From Spirochaetia bacterium (GTDB lineage: Bacteria > Spirochaetota > Spirochaetia > SZUA-6 > Bin103): a stretch of 64,000 nucleotides of DNA. Shown here in pieces: positions 8,765 to 19,441 of the stretch. The notes under the pieces were generated by a model. The model made no database searches. It was not told the origin of the DNA and saw only the letters and a list, made by a program, of their open reading frames with translations. A program made the position numbers and the translations under genes. The DNA lies in NCBI GenBank assembly GCA_965198005.1, contig CBDAOI010000002.1:416001-480000 (forward strand), in the 5' to 3' direction. How positions within the stretch are numbered: the stretch's first letter is position 1; each line of letters opens with the position of its first letter.

Positions 8765-9601
8765 GTGTTACACGTGACACGTCAGGGGCTGGAACATCTC
8801 CGCTCGGTGGTACGCGCTCAAGTCGAACGAGAGGGCCTGCGGCCGCTCTCTGCCCGCACCGGGATACCCGTCGGACAGCTTCGCAGCATCCTGCACGGGC
8901 GGGCGGCGTTGAGCACCACCCTGGAACTCGCTACCTCGGCCCTCGGTCTGGAGTTCTACGTCGGACCGCCGCGCGTAGCGGATACGACGCGGATCGCGAG
9001 CGGCTCCACCCCCTACACGGCTGGCACGGTCGACCGAGCCCCTGCTCCGCCCGCCGCTGAGCAGTCCCCCACGTGGGCGATGAAGCTGCGGCAGGAGTTG
9101 CGCGCCGGGCTGCGCGAAGATCTGGCTCTGCTGCTACGCGAGCTTACCGAGTCCAGGCGCAACGCCGCCCTGCCCGAGGCCGGAGACCGGCGCGATCCAG
9201 GCTACGTGGCGATGCGCACCCCTGACCCGGCGGCCGGGGGCGTCCCCGAGCTGGAGCACGCGCCCATCATCGGCTACCTCGCGTTTCAACGCAGTTGGCT
9301 CGAGCGCCACGCGATCGATCCCGACCGCTGCACGATCATGGAGGTGCGGGGAGACGCGATGCAGCCAACGCTGCCGGGCGGCTGCTCGATCCTGGTCGAT
9401 CACCAACGCCGCCGGCGCCGTCTCGGGCACATCTTCGTGCTGCGCATCGGCGACGAGTGGATCGTGCGGCGCGCGGGCAAGGATCAGACCGGGCGCTGGG
9501 TCCTGGTGAGCGACAATCAGCGTCGCCCACCGGAGCCGTGGCCCCATCGCGGGACCGCAGTTGCCGGTGAGGTGCGCTGGATGGCGACGACCTTCTCCTG
9601 A
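8765..9601 (+). CDS. CI/LexA-like repressor: HTH + peptidase S24 domain, probably non-cleavable
   Basis: N-terminal HTH-like 'GLRPLSARTGIPVGQLRSIL'; C-terminal 'EVRGDAMQPTL..G.SILVD...IVRRA...LVSDN...V.GEVRW'. Confidence 0.85.
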   Translation: MLHVTRQGLEHLRSVVRAQVEREGLRPLSARTGIPVGQLRSILHGRAALSTTLELATSALGLEFYVGPPRVADTTRIASGSTPYTAGTVDRAPAPPAAEQSPTWAMKLRQELRAGLREDLALLLRELTESRRNAALPEAGDRRDPGYVAMRTPDPAAGGVPELEHAPIIGYLAFQRSWLERHAIDPDRCTIMEVRGDAMQPTLPGGCSILVDHQRRRRRLGHIFVLRIGDEWIVRRAGKDQTGRWVLVSDNQRRPPEPWPHRGTAVAGEVRWMATTFS

Positions 9602-9712
9602 GCAACGAGGCGCGGCCGCGTGACCGGCGCCGGCCGGGCGTTTCCCGCCGGGCGGTAAGCTGTTGCGTACTACATTGCCTGCCATACTGTAGCTGGCTAG
9701 AAGATATAGCGC

Positions 9713-11100
9713 ATGGCGGACGAGAACACCCTGGAGACGCAGATTGCCCGGTGGCGGGCGCACCTGCTGCACGGCCGGGCAGTCGATCCCACCGACGTGG
9801 AGGAGATGGAAGTCCATCTGCGCGAGCAGGTGGCCGCGCTGCTGGCTACCGGTCTGGCGGCCGACGAGGCCTTGCTGGTCGCGGTCAGGCGGATGGGAAA
9901 CATCGACGCGGCGTGCCGCGAGTTCGCGCGCGTCCACTCCGAGCGGTGGTGGAAGCAACTCGTGGCCGAACCCGCCGGCGGCGGCCCGGCTGGCGGCGGG
10001 CGCACCGAGACCGCCGTGGTAGTGGGCATCGCGCTCGCCGCGGCGGCGGCGATCAAGGTTCCCGAGTTGTTCGGCCACCACTTCGGCAGCGCCGCCAGTG
10101 AGGGGTTCTACGCACGCAACGCCTCCCTGTTCGTGCTGCCGCTGCTGACCGGCTACTTGCTCCGGAAGCGCGGCTGGGACGCGCGCCGCGCGCGGTGGCT
10201 GGCCGCGCCGTTCGCTGCGGCTGCCGTGCTGGCCAACGCCTTCCCGTTTGCGCCGCACGGCGCCACCGGGCTTCTCACCGCGATCCATCTGCCGATCGCG
10301 CTGTGGCTGGCGGTGGGCGTCGCCTACGCCGGCGGGCGCTGGAGCTCGGTTGCCGGGCGCATGGACTTCGTGCGCTTCTCCGGGGAGCTGTTCATTTACT
10401 ACGTGCTGTTCGCGCTCGGCGGCGGCGTGCTCGCGTTCTTCACCGGGACCATGTTCGGCGCCATCGGCCTGGACGTCGGGCGGCTGCTGGAGACCTGGCT
10501 GCTGCCGTGCGGCGCGCTCGGAGCGGTGATCGTGGGCGGCTGGCTGGTAGAGCGGAAGCAGAGCGTGATCGAGAACCTGGCGCCGCTGCTTACGCGCGTG
10601 TTCACGCCGCTGTTCGCGGCGGTGTTGCTGGCGTTGCTGGTGACCATGGTGTGGACCGGCAACGGTATCGCCGTCGACCGGGAGGTGCTGATCGGCTTCG
10701 ACCTGCTGCTGGTGCTGGTCGTGGGCCTGCTGCTGTACGGAGTGTCGGCGCGCGACCCGCAAGCGCCGCGCGACGCGTTCGACGCCCTGCAGCAGCTCCT
10801 GGTGGTGGCCGCACTGGTGGTGGACGTGGTGGCGCTGGCGGCGATCGCGACGCGCATCTCGGAGTTCGGCTTGAGCGCCAACAAGGTGGCGGCACTGGCC
10901 GAGAACCTCATCCTGCTGGTCAACTTGGCCGGGTCGGCCTGGCTGTACGCCCGGTTTCTACGCGGCGCCGGCGCGTTCGCCGCCCTGGAGCGGTGGCAGA
11001 CCGCCTACCTGCCGGTCTACGCCGTGTGGGCGGCGATCGTGGTGGTCGTGTTTCCCCGCCGCTGTTCGCCATACCTCTACCCGTTGCCCGGTCCGCGTAG
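9713..11100 (+). CDS. Membrane protein with N-terminal 'permease prefix domain 1'; frameshift near the C-terminus
   Basis: 'DVEEMEVHLRE....L...GL..DEA..VAVRRMG' prefix plus many hydrophobic segments; natural end PPLFA...* is in another frame at ~11051-11060. Confidence 0.8.
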
Positions 11101-11169
11101 ACTGTGCCAAAGGGAACGTCGCCCAAGAACAGGCGTTCTCGTGGGCGATAGGGGGAGGCGCTATCGCTC

Positions 11170-12176
11170 ATGAAGTGGATTTGGCAACAAGCCGGGTGGC
11201 CCGGCTTCGCGTGGGACCGGTCCCGAATGGCGTCACTGGAGGCCCGGTTCCTGCACGAGTCCGGCCGGCGGGTTGGCGCTTGGCGCCATCTCTCGGACTG
11301 AGCGGCGACTCGCGCAGAGTCACGCCCGCCGAGGCCGGTGTGGCCGAGATGATGGTAGCGCTCTACCGCACGTTTCGCGCGCCGTTGGATCACGCAACGT
11401 TGTGGACGTGGCACCGAATGCTGATGCAAGAGCGCCGAGCATTGGCGGTGATCGGCGGATATCGGCGCCATCCCGAGCCAATGCAAGTGGTCTCCGGCCC
11501 CGATTACCGCCGGAGAATCCACTATGAGGCGCCGCCGTCCGCCGCGGTGCCGACCGAGATGGACCGGTTCATCGCCTGGTACGGGCGGCAGGACGCTACG
11601 CCGGCGTTGACCCGGGCCGGGATCGCGCACTGGTACTTCGTCCGTATCCACCCCTTCGAAGATGGGAACGGCCGGATCGGCCGGGCGCTGGCCGAAAAAG
11701 CGCTCGCCCAAGCGCTGGGTGAGCCGAGTCTGATCGCGCTCTCGCGGGCGATCGCCCGCCGCCGCAACGCTTATTACAACGCGCTTGCGGCCGCCAACCG
11801 CTCGCTGGACATCACCGGATGGCTGGAGTGGTTCGGCGGCATCGTGTTGGACGCCCAGGCCTGGAGCGAGCGGCGCCTGATCCGGCTGATCGAGCAGACC
11901 CGGATGTTCGACCGACTCCGAGGACGGCTGAATCCACGCCAGACGAAAACGCTGCTGCGACTGTTCCGGGAGGAGCCGGACGGATTCAAGGGCGGCCTCA
12001 GCGCTGCAAATTACCGCCGCATCACCGGCGCGCCAGCCTCTACGGCCACCCGTGACCTCGCCGATCTGGTCGCCAAGCGCGCCCTGCGCCGCACCGGCGA
12101 ACGCCGCCACACGCGCTACTGGCTTGATCTGCCCCCGTTCGAGCGATTGGACGCGCAGCGTAGATCGAGCGCATGA
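11170..12176 (+). pseudogene. Fic-family protein (DUF4172 + Fic + HTH) with internal deletion/frameshift
   Basis: MKWIWQQAGWPGFAWD from 11170 stops at 11301; second frame carries HPFEDGNGRIGR and the C-terminal ATRDLADLV HTH. Confidence 0.85.
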
Positions 12177-12282
12177 CCTTCTTGCCGAGGCGCCCGCCCG
12201 CTCGCACGTAGAGAGCAGTACCGTACGCGGTCTTCGGACATGCGTGCCGCGCCATGAGTATCGCTGCCGGGAAGTGGGCCGG

Positions 12283-12724
12283 TCAGCGGTAGGTTATGAT
12301 CTCCAGACTGGTCACCCGGCCAAACTGGGCCGTATTCGCGGTAACCAGGGGCAACCCGTAGCGCACGCTGGTCGCCGCGATCCAGAGGTCGTTGGCCCCG
12401 ATCAGCCGACCGGCCTGCCGCAACGCGCGCGCAATCCGCCCGTAGGCGAGGGCGGTTCGGTCGTCGATCGGCAACAGCAGATGTTGTTCGCGAACGGTTT
12501 GCAGCAGCGGGTCTTCCGTCGGAGAACCCCTCCGCGAACTCGCCCAGCGCCGTAGGTGACAGGTAGAGCTCCAATCGGGTGCAGCCGCCAGGAAACGATG
12601 CGCCGGGCCGGCGATCTCGCAGTGACTGCGCTCCCGTTTCAAAGCACGGTGCTCCCGCCAAGGCACTACGCTCTCGCTGCAAGTCGATGAGAAACGTGGT
12701 GTCGAAAGCTACTTTCGTTGCCAC
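12283..12724 (-). pseudogene. VapC PIN toxin, frameshifted
   Basis: FDTTFLIDL...LGEFAEG in one frame; IGANDLWIAAT...LVTAN...F in another. Confidence 0.8.
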
Positions 12725-12954
12725 CGATCCTCCGGTGCCGCGTCTGCGACCTGTGCAGCATCCAAGCCATCAAGCTCGGCTTCGGTCATGACCGGCATGC
12801 CGTCGAGCACAGCCAGCATGGACGCTACGGTTCCCGGGGCGGGCGGCCAGATCGCACGTTTGATCACCTTCGAGAAGGAGTCATCAGGCGACCGGCGCGC
12901 GCTCCGCAGCCTTTCGTAGGCCTCCAGATCGATGGAAATGGTCTTGGTTGCCAT
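12709..12954 (-). CDS. VapB-type antitoxin
   Basis: MATKTISIDLEAYERL..AR...SFSKVIKR; overlaps the VapC start. Confidence 0.8.
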   Translation of the reverse strand: MATKTISIDLEAYERLRSARRSPDDSFSKVIKRAIWPPAPGTVASMLAVLDGMPVMTEAELDGLDAAQVADAAPEDRWQRK

Positions 12955-13086
12955 ACGTGTATGTGTACACGTATGGCTATGCTTCCGTCAACGAAGTCGG
13001 CGTCGGTGGGGGGCGTCGGTGCCGCTACCAAAAGGTTTCAGTTTCAGAGCAGCGTGTCCTTGGCCAAGCGGTATAGGCGGCCTTAC

Positions 13087-14588
13087 CTATTTGCCGATGC
13101 AGAAGTCGGCGAAGATCCGGTTGAGCACGTCATCGCCGGCGACGATGCCGATGATCTCCTCCAGGTGGGCGACGGCGGCACGCAGGTCGGCGGCCACCAG
13201 CTCGCCTCCGGCGCCGGCCGCCGCCGCGTCGTGGGCGCGGGCCAGCGCGGCGTCGGCGCGCTGCAGGTTGTCACGGTGGCGGGCGCTGGCCACCAGGGAG
13301 CTGCGTTCGGTGTAGTCTGGGCCTTCCTGCCCCACGGTGCGGGCCACCAGCAGGCGGCTCAGAGCATCGATCCCCGTCCCGGTCTTGGCCGATACCGTGA
13401 GGGCCGGCGGCGGCGCCGCAGTACCGTTCGCTGCCGGTGCCAGATCGCACTTGTTGGCGATCACCACCACCTCCGGTGCGCCGGAGGTCGGCGCCCTGGT
13501 CGTGGACCCGGCGTCGGCAACGGCCGCGCGCACCTGCTCCAGGGCGGTGTGGGGAAACGGCTCGTCGGCGGCGGTCACGAACAGCACCAGGTCGGCGTCG
13601 GCGACGGTGGCGATGCTGCGCTCCACGCCCAGCCGCTCCACGGTCTCGTCGGTGACCCGCAGCCCGGCGGTGTCGTGCAGCCGCACCGGCACGCCGTGGA
13701 GGTCGAGGTCTTCGCGGATCACGTCGCGGGTGGTGCCCGGTACGTCGGTGACCAGCGCCAGCGATTCCTGCGCCAGCCGGTTCAGCAGCGACGACTTGCC
13801 CACGTTGGGCGGCCCGGCCAGCACCACGTGCACGCCGTCGCGGAGCATGCGCCCGGTGCGGAAGGTCGCGAGCATCGCGGCGATCGCGGCGCGCACCTCT
13901 CCCACGCGCGCGGCGATCTCTCCCGCCGGCGCCAGCTCCACGTCATCTTCGGCGAAGTCCAGCTCCAGCTCGACGCGCGCCGCGCAATCCAGCAACTGCT
14001 GCCGCAAGCCCGCCACCTGCGCGCCGAGCGCGCCGCCCAGCCGGTTGCGGGCGCCGCGCAGGGCGGCCGCGGTGGCGGACCGTATCACCTCCGCCACCGC
14101 CTCGGCCTGGGTCAGGTCCAGCTTGCCGTTGAGGAAGGCGCGGCGGGTGAACTCGCCCGGCTCGGCGGCGCGCGCGCCGTGGCGCAGAAGGGCGGCGACC
14201 ACGGTCGCGGCCACCAGGTTGGAGCCGTGGCAGGTGATCTCGACGGTGTCCTCGCCGGTGTAACTGGCCGGCGCCCGGAACACGGTGGCGATCACGTCGT
14301 CCACCACCTCCAGGCCGTCGGCTGCGCTTGGCTCAGGCGCCGTTGCGACGGCCGCCGCCGCCGCGACCAGACCGGTGGCGGCGCTCACCCCCCGGGCGGC
14401 GGGCTGCACGATGCGGCCGTAGTGCGCGGTGTGGGTCGCGGCGGCGCGCAACGGCCGGCGGCCGCGGAAGGCGCCGTCGGCCACGGCCAGCGCGGCAGGT
14501 CCGCTGAGCCGCACGATCGCCAGCGCGCCGGTGCCGGGCGGGGTAGCGATGGCGACGATGGTGTCGCCGCTGGGGTCGGCGGACGCGG

Positions 14589-14592
<4 letters not shown>
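13087..14592 (-). CDS. mnmE: tRNA modification GTPase MnmE (TrmE)
   Basis: DTIVAIATPPG, EFTRRAFLNGKLDL.QAEA, GPPNVGKSSLLN, GTTRD, DTAG, NKCD, C-terminal FCIGK. Confidence 0.97.
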
Positions 14593-15728
<1,136 letters not shown>

Positions 15729-15731
15729 CGG

Positions 15732-15932
15732 TTACGAGGGGGCGTACTCGGGCCGCATCGGTGCGAACACCTCGACGAACTCGCTGTCCTCGAGGGCCTC
15801 CGCGGCGCGGTACTCGTTGGGGCCGAAGAAGTAGCTGGGGCTCGCCTCGGCGCCGTAGCTCAGCGTAGTGCGGAACACGCCATCCGGGCCCTCTTCCGGC
15901 TTGGCGCTGTTCAGGTCGGTAAGGTTCGTCAT
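15732..15932 (-). pseudogene. Cupin-domain protein remnant (internal deletion)
   Basis: N-terminal 'GVFRTTLSYG' and C-terminal 'A.ALEDS..VEVFAP.RPEY' of small cupins, but the HxH core is missing. Confidence 0.55.
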
Positions 15933-15996
15933 CGCAGACCTCCGCGGCTGATTGTACTAGAGTTGCGCCCGCTACGGCGACCGGGCCGCCCGTGCT

Positions 15997-16033
15997 CGGT
16001 CGGTCGGGTCGGGTCGGGTCGGTCGGTCGGTCG
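15997..16033. repeat. GGTC/GGGTC microsatellite in the divergent intergenic region
   Basis: CGGTCGGTCGGGTCGGGTCGGGTCGGTCGGTCGGTCG, followed by TTGACA and a C8 run. Confidence 0.75.
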
Positions 16034-16089
16034 ACCGCCCGTTGACAACACGCCCCCCCCGGCAGTAGCTTGGGGCGAGGAGATCCGCC

Positions 16090-16434
16090 GTGCAGGACAC
16101 GATCACCCGCCAGCCGCTGATCAACGTCAGCGAGCGCGCCATTGCCGAGGTCGCCCGGCTCACCGGCGACAGCGACCAGTTCCTCCGCATCTGGGTCACC
16201 GAGGGCGGTTGCGCCGGAATGACCTACGAGGCCTCGGTCGACGCCACCGAGACCCCGTTCGACCGTCGGCTGTTCACCTCCGGCACCGTCCGGATCGTCG
16301 CCGACCGCAACAGCGCCGATCACGTCGACGGGCTGGAGATCGACTACTCCGACGACCTGATCAACCTCGGCTTCCGCTTTCGCAACCCCAACGCCAGCAA
16401 GGCGTGCGGCTGCGGCGCCAGCTTCGCGGTCTGA
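16090..16434 (+). CDS. Fe-S cluster assembly accessory protein (IscA/HesB family)
   Basis: GGCAGM.Y, IDYSDD...GF.F.NPNA..ACGCGASF. Confidence 0.93.
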   Translation: MQDTITRQPLINVSERAIAEVARLTGDSDQFLRIWVTEGGCAGMTYEASVDATETPFDRRLFTSGTVRIVADRNSADHVDGLEIDYSDDLINLGFRFRNPNASKACGCGASFAV

Positions 16435-16438
16435 CTCG

Positions 16439-16663
16439 GTGGCCGTTCAGTCGGTCGACATCACCGGCGGCGAGTCGGTCTACTGCATCAACCAGACCCA
16501 GCTCGCCGCCGCCTTCCGCCTCGCCCGGGAGGACCCCAAAGCCGCGCCCCGGATCGACGCGGCACTCAGCACCATCCAGCGCGACCTGACCCGCAACGAG
16601 CAGGCGGCCTTGGCCTTCGTCCTGATCGACAAGCTCCTCAAGAGCTCCGCGACCCCCGCCTGA
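16439..16663 (+). CDS. Hypothetical protein
   Basis: Clean high-GC3 codon usage; co-oriented and adjacent to iscA. Confidence 0.65.
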   Translation: MAVQSVDITGGESVYCINQTQLAAAFRLAREDPKAAPRIDAALSTIQRDLTRNEQAALAFVLIDKLLKSSATPA

Positions 16664-16701
16664 CGGCTCGGCCGTGCAGTCCCCATCGCATTGCGCTCGT
16701 G

Positions 16702-18081
16702 TCATGACCCAGTTGACGATTCGGTTTCGCGACGCGGAGTCCGGTGCGCATCGATGCCGGCATAGGGTGCCAGCAACCATTCAGCGGCCGACTGTACCTC
16801 CACGGCCGCGGGCGGCTGCGACGGGAGGGTGTCACCGGTCAGCGTAATCACTCGCTTGCCGGCGCGTGGGAACAGGTTTCCGGCCGCCACCAGGGCGCGC
16901 AGTTCGCGGGTGGCGGTCGCTGTGTCGGAGGCGTCCGCACACACCTGGATCAGCTCCATGCCACCGGTGGCGTCGCGAGCCAGGAAGTCGACCTCATAGC
17001 CCTCCGGGGTGCGCACGTAGGTTACCTCCAACCGGCGGCGCTCCAGCTCGATCAGGACCGCGGTCTCCAGGGCGTGGCCGACGTTCGCCCGCCCGCTACG
17101 GTCGAATACCGGGATCAGGCCGGCATCGACCGGGTATGCCTTGCGCCTATTCACCATGCGCTGGCGCTCCGAGGCCGTCTCCATCCACACCAGGCGCACC
17201 AGATAGCAGTCCTCCAGGTGGGCGAGCAACTGGTGCAGCGTATCCCTGGCAACCGCCAGGCCCTGCGAGCGCAGCGCGGCATGAAACTTCTCCACGCTGA
17301 AAGTCGACCCGGCATTCCCCAGGAGGTGGCGCACCAGCCAGCGCAGCGCGGTCACGTTGCGCACCTGATGCCGCTCCACCACGTCGCGCAGCACGGCCAC
17401 GTCCACGTAGTCACGGTAGAGCTGATGCCGGGATTCGGGGTCCAGTCCCTGGGCTTCCGGAAAACCGCCGGCAGCGAGCCAGTCGAGCAGCGTCCGCTCC
17501 AGATGGGAACGGTCGCGGCGCGTCACGCGGTTTGCAGTCGGCGGGATCGACTGTCCCCGGTGGCGCAGCGCTTCCGCGAACGCGAACGGATGGATCAACA
17601 CCTGCCACGCCCGTCCGCGCAGCGCGGTGGCGATCTCACTCGACAGCAGCGCCGCTGACGATCCGGTTATGAGCACTTCGCAGCCGCCGCCGTCGAGGAG
17701 CCGGCGCACGAACCGCTCCCACCCCGGCACCTGTTGGATCTCGTCGAAGCACCAGGTCACCGTCGCATCGTGAGCCTGCGGAACACGCCGGTAGTACTCG
17801 TCTACGAGCACGCCGAGCTCGCCGGCTTCCAATCCCGCCAGGCGCTCGTCCTCGAAGGAAATGAACGGTAGCCGATCCAGGGCAATGCCCCGCTCGATGC
17901 GCTCGCGCCGAAGCTGATGCACAAACGTGGTCTTGCCGGCGCGCCGCATCCCGGTCACCGCCGTGGCCTTGCCGGGCAGGCCGGTACGCCCGAACACGCG
18001 ACGCGGGGTAAAGGAAGGCAGCGGCCGCCCAAGCGAGTCCGCAAGCTGCTCCACCAGAGCCTGACGCAACGAAATCGCCAT
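16702..18081 (-). CDS. AAA_14/DUF4143 ATP-binding protein
   Basis: GMRRAGKT, FDEIQ, ITGSSA..LS.E..T.LRGR, GGFPE, YVRT..G.EVDF. Confidence 0.9.
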   Translation of the reverse strand: MAISLRQALVEQLADSLGRPLPSFTPRRVFGRTGLPGKATAVTGMRRAGKTTFVHQLRRERIERGIALDRLPFISFEDERLAGLEAGELGVLVDEYYRRVPQAHDATVTWCFDEIQQVPGWERFVRRLLDGGGCEVLITGSSAALLSSEIATALRGRAWQVLIHPFAFAEALRHRGQSIPPTANRVTRRDRSHLERTLLDWLAAGGFPEAQGLDPESRHQLYRDYVDVAVLRDVVERHQVRNVTALRWLVRHLLGNAGSTFSVEKFHAALRSQGLAVARDTLHQLLAHLEDCYLVRLVWMETASERQRMVNRRKAYPVDAGLIPVFDRSGRANVGHALETAVLIELERRRLEVTYVRTPEGYEVDFLARDATGGMELIQVCADASDTATATRELRALVAAGNLFPRAGKRVITLTGDTLPSQPPAAVEVQSAAEWLLAPYAGIDAHRTPRRETESSTGS

Positions 18082-18151
18082 CTCATTTCTCCTTATTGGA
18101 AGGAGAACATATCAGATAGTGCGCCGTATTAAAAGGCGAACTTCGCCGTCC

Positions 18152-19441
18152 CTATCGCGTTCGCGGCTCCGGCGGGCGGCGGCGCGGGTCGGGCGGCTCG
18201 GCGGGCGGCTGGGCGACGCTGGCGATGGCGCCCAGCGCCTGCAGGGTGAGGCGCGCCTTCTCCTGCTCCACCGGGTGCGGATGCACGCCCGAGATCGGAC
18301 CGCGCGTGCCGCCGGCGCCGGAGATCACCGTCGTGTGCTGCGCCGGGAACAGGGCCAGGGTCCGCGCGAACGGCTCGATGAACTTGTCGAAGTGCTCGAT
18401 GACGTATGCGGTGAGGGCGGACCTGCCGCCGACGCGCAGGATCTCGATGGTGCGCGTCAACTGGTCGATCTCCGCCTGCGCGCGGCCGCGGATCTCGGCC
18501 GCCGTGGTCTTGGCCTGCAACGCCATCCGCTCCTGTTCCGCCTCGGCGGGAACCAGGAGCTCGGCGCGGTACTTCTCATGCAGCATCTTGATGCGTTGCT
18601 CCTCCGCGCGGATCTGCGCCTTGGTCCCGGACACCTTGGCCTCCGCGTCACGCTCGGCGCGCTGCACGCCGATGGCGCTGCGCTGGCTCTGCTGGGCCAC
18701 GTCGACCCGGGTCTGCGCGCGCAGGCTCTCCTCGGCGTTGGCCGCCTCCCGCACCGCCACCTCGGCGCGGCGCGTCTCCGATTCCTCCTTGGCGGCGGCG
18801 CGCGCCTGCGCTTGCGCGGCCCGCGACTGCGCCTCGGCGTTGGCCGACTGGATCCGCTTCAGCAGCGCGATGTACAGCTCCGGCTCGCGCACCCCCTCCA
18901 GGCGGTGGTCATCCACGTCGGCGATGTTCATCGCCGTGATCTCCAGGCCGATGCCCGCCAGATCGGCCTTGCACACCCGGATCATGTTCTGCACCAGCCG
19001 GTCTTTGTCGGTCATCACCTCCTCCGGCGTCATGGTGGCGATCGAGTCGCGCAGGTGGCCCTCGATGATGCCGGTGGCGATACCGGTCAGCTCGTCCCAG
19101 TTGCGCGTCATCAGCAGGATGCGGCGGATCGCGTTGCGCAACCCCTCGCCCGAGGACGCAACGGCGAAGCTGACGGTGGCAACTACCGTGAGCGGCACGA
19201 TGCCGGCGGCAATGGCCGACTCCACCCGCACGCTGGTGGTGCGCGGGCGCATGTCCATGCGATAGAACCGGTGGATCAGCGGAAACACGAACACCCGCCC
19301 GCCGCGCACCGAGGAGAACGACTTGCCCTGGCCGGCAACGATCGCCAGCTCGTCGGCGCCGACGATCTTCATCTTGGTGATGAGCTGGATGAACAGCGTC
19401 ACCACCACGAGCAGCGAGAGTATGACCACGAACCCGATCAT
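18152..19441 (-). CDS. Flotillin-like SPFH-domain protein
   Basis: N-terminal TM, GGRVFVFP, EGHLR.SIA.MT.EE, DL..IGLEI, Ala/Glu-rich coiled coil. Confidence 0.88.
   Translation of the reverse strand: MIGFVVILSLLVVVTLFIQLITKMKIVGADELAIVAGQGKSFSSVRGGRVFVFPLIHRFYRMDMRPRTTSVRVESAIAAGIVPLTVVATVSFAVASSGEGLRNAIRRILLMTRNWDELTGIATGIIEGHLRDSIATMTPEEVMTDKDRLVQNMIRVCKADLAGIGLEITAMNIADVDDHRLEGVREPELYIALLKRIQSANAEAQSRAAQAQARAAAKEESETRRAEVAVREAANAEESLRAQTRVDVAQQSQRSAIGVQRAERDAEAKVSGTKAQIRAEEQRIKMLHEKYRAELLVPAEAEQERMALQAKTTAAEIRGRAQAEIDQLTRTIEILRVGGRSALTAYVIEHFDKFIEPFARTLALFPAQHTTVISGAGGTRGPISGVHPHPVEQEKARLTLQALGAIASVAQPPAEPPDPRRRPPEPRTR

Noticed and set aside
6898-9601. Prophage
   Set aside because: No integrase, terminase, capsid, tail or replication genes adjacent.
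13087-13104. att duplication of the mnmE 3' end bounding the island
   Set aside because: No second copy found near the mnmG start by eye.
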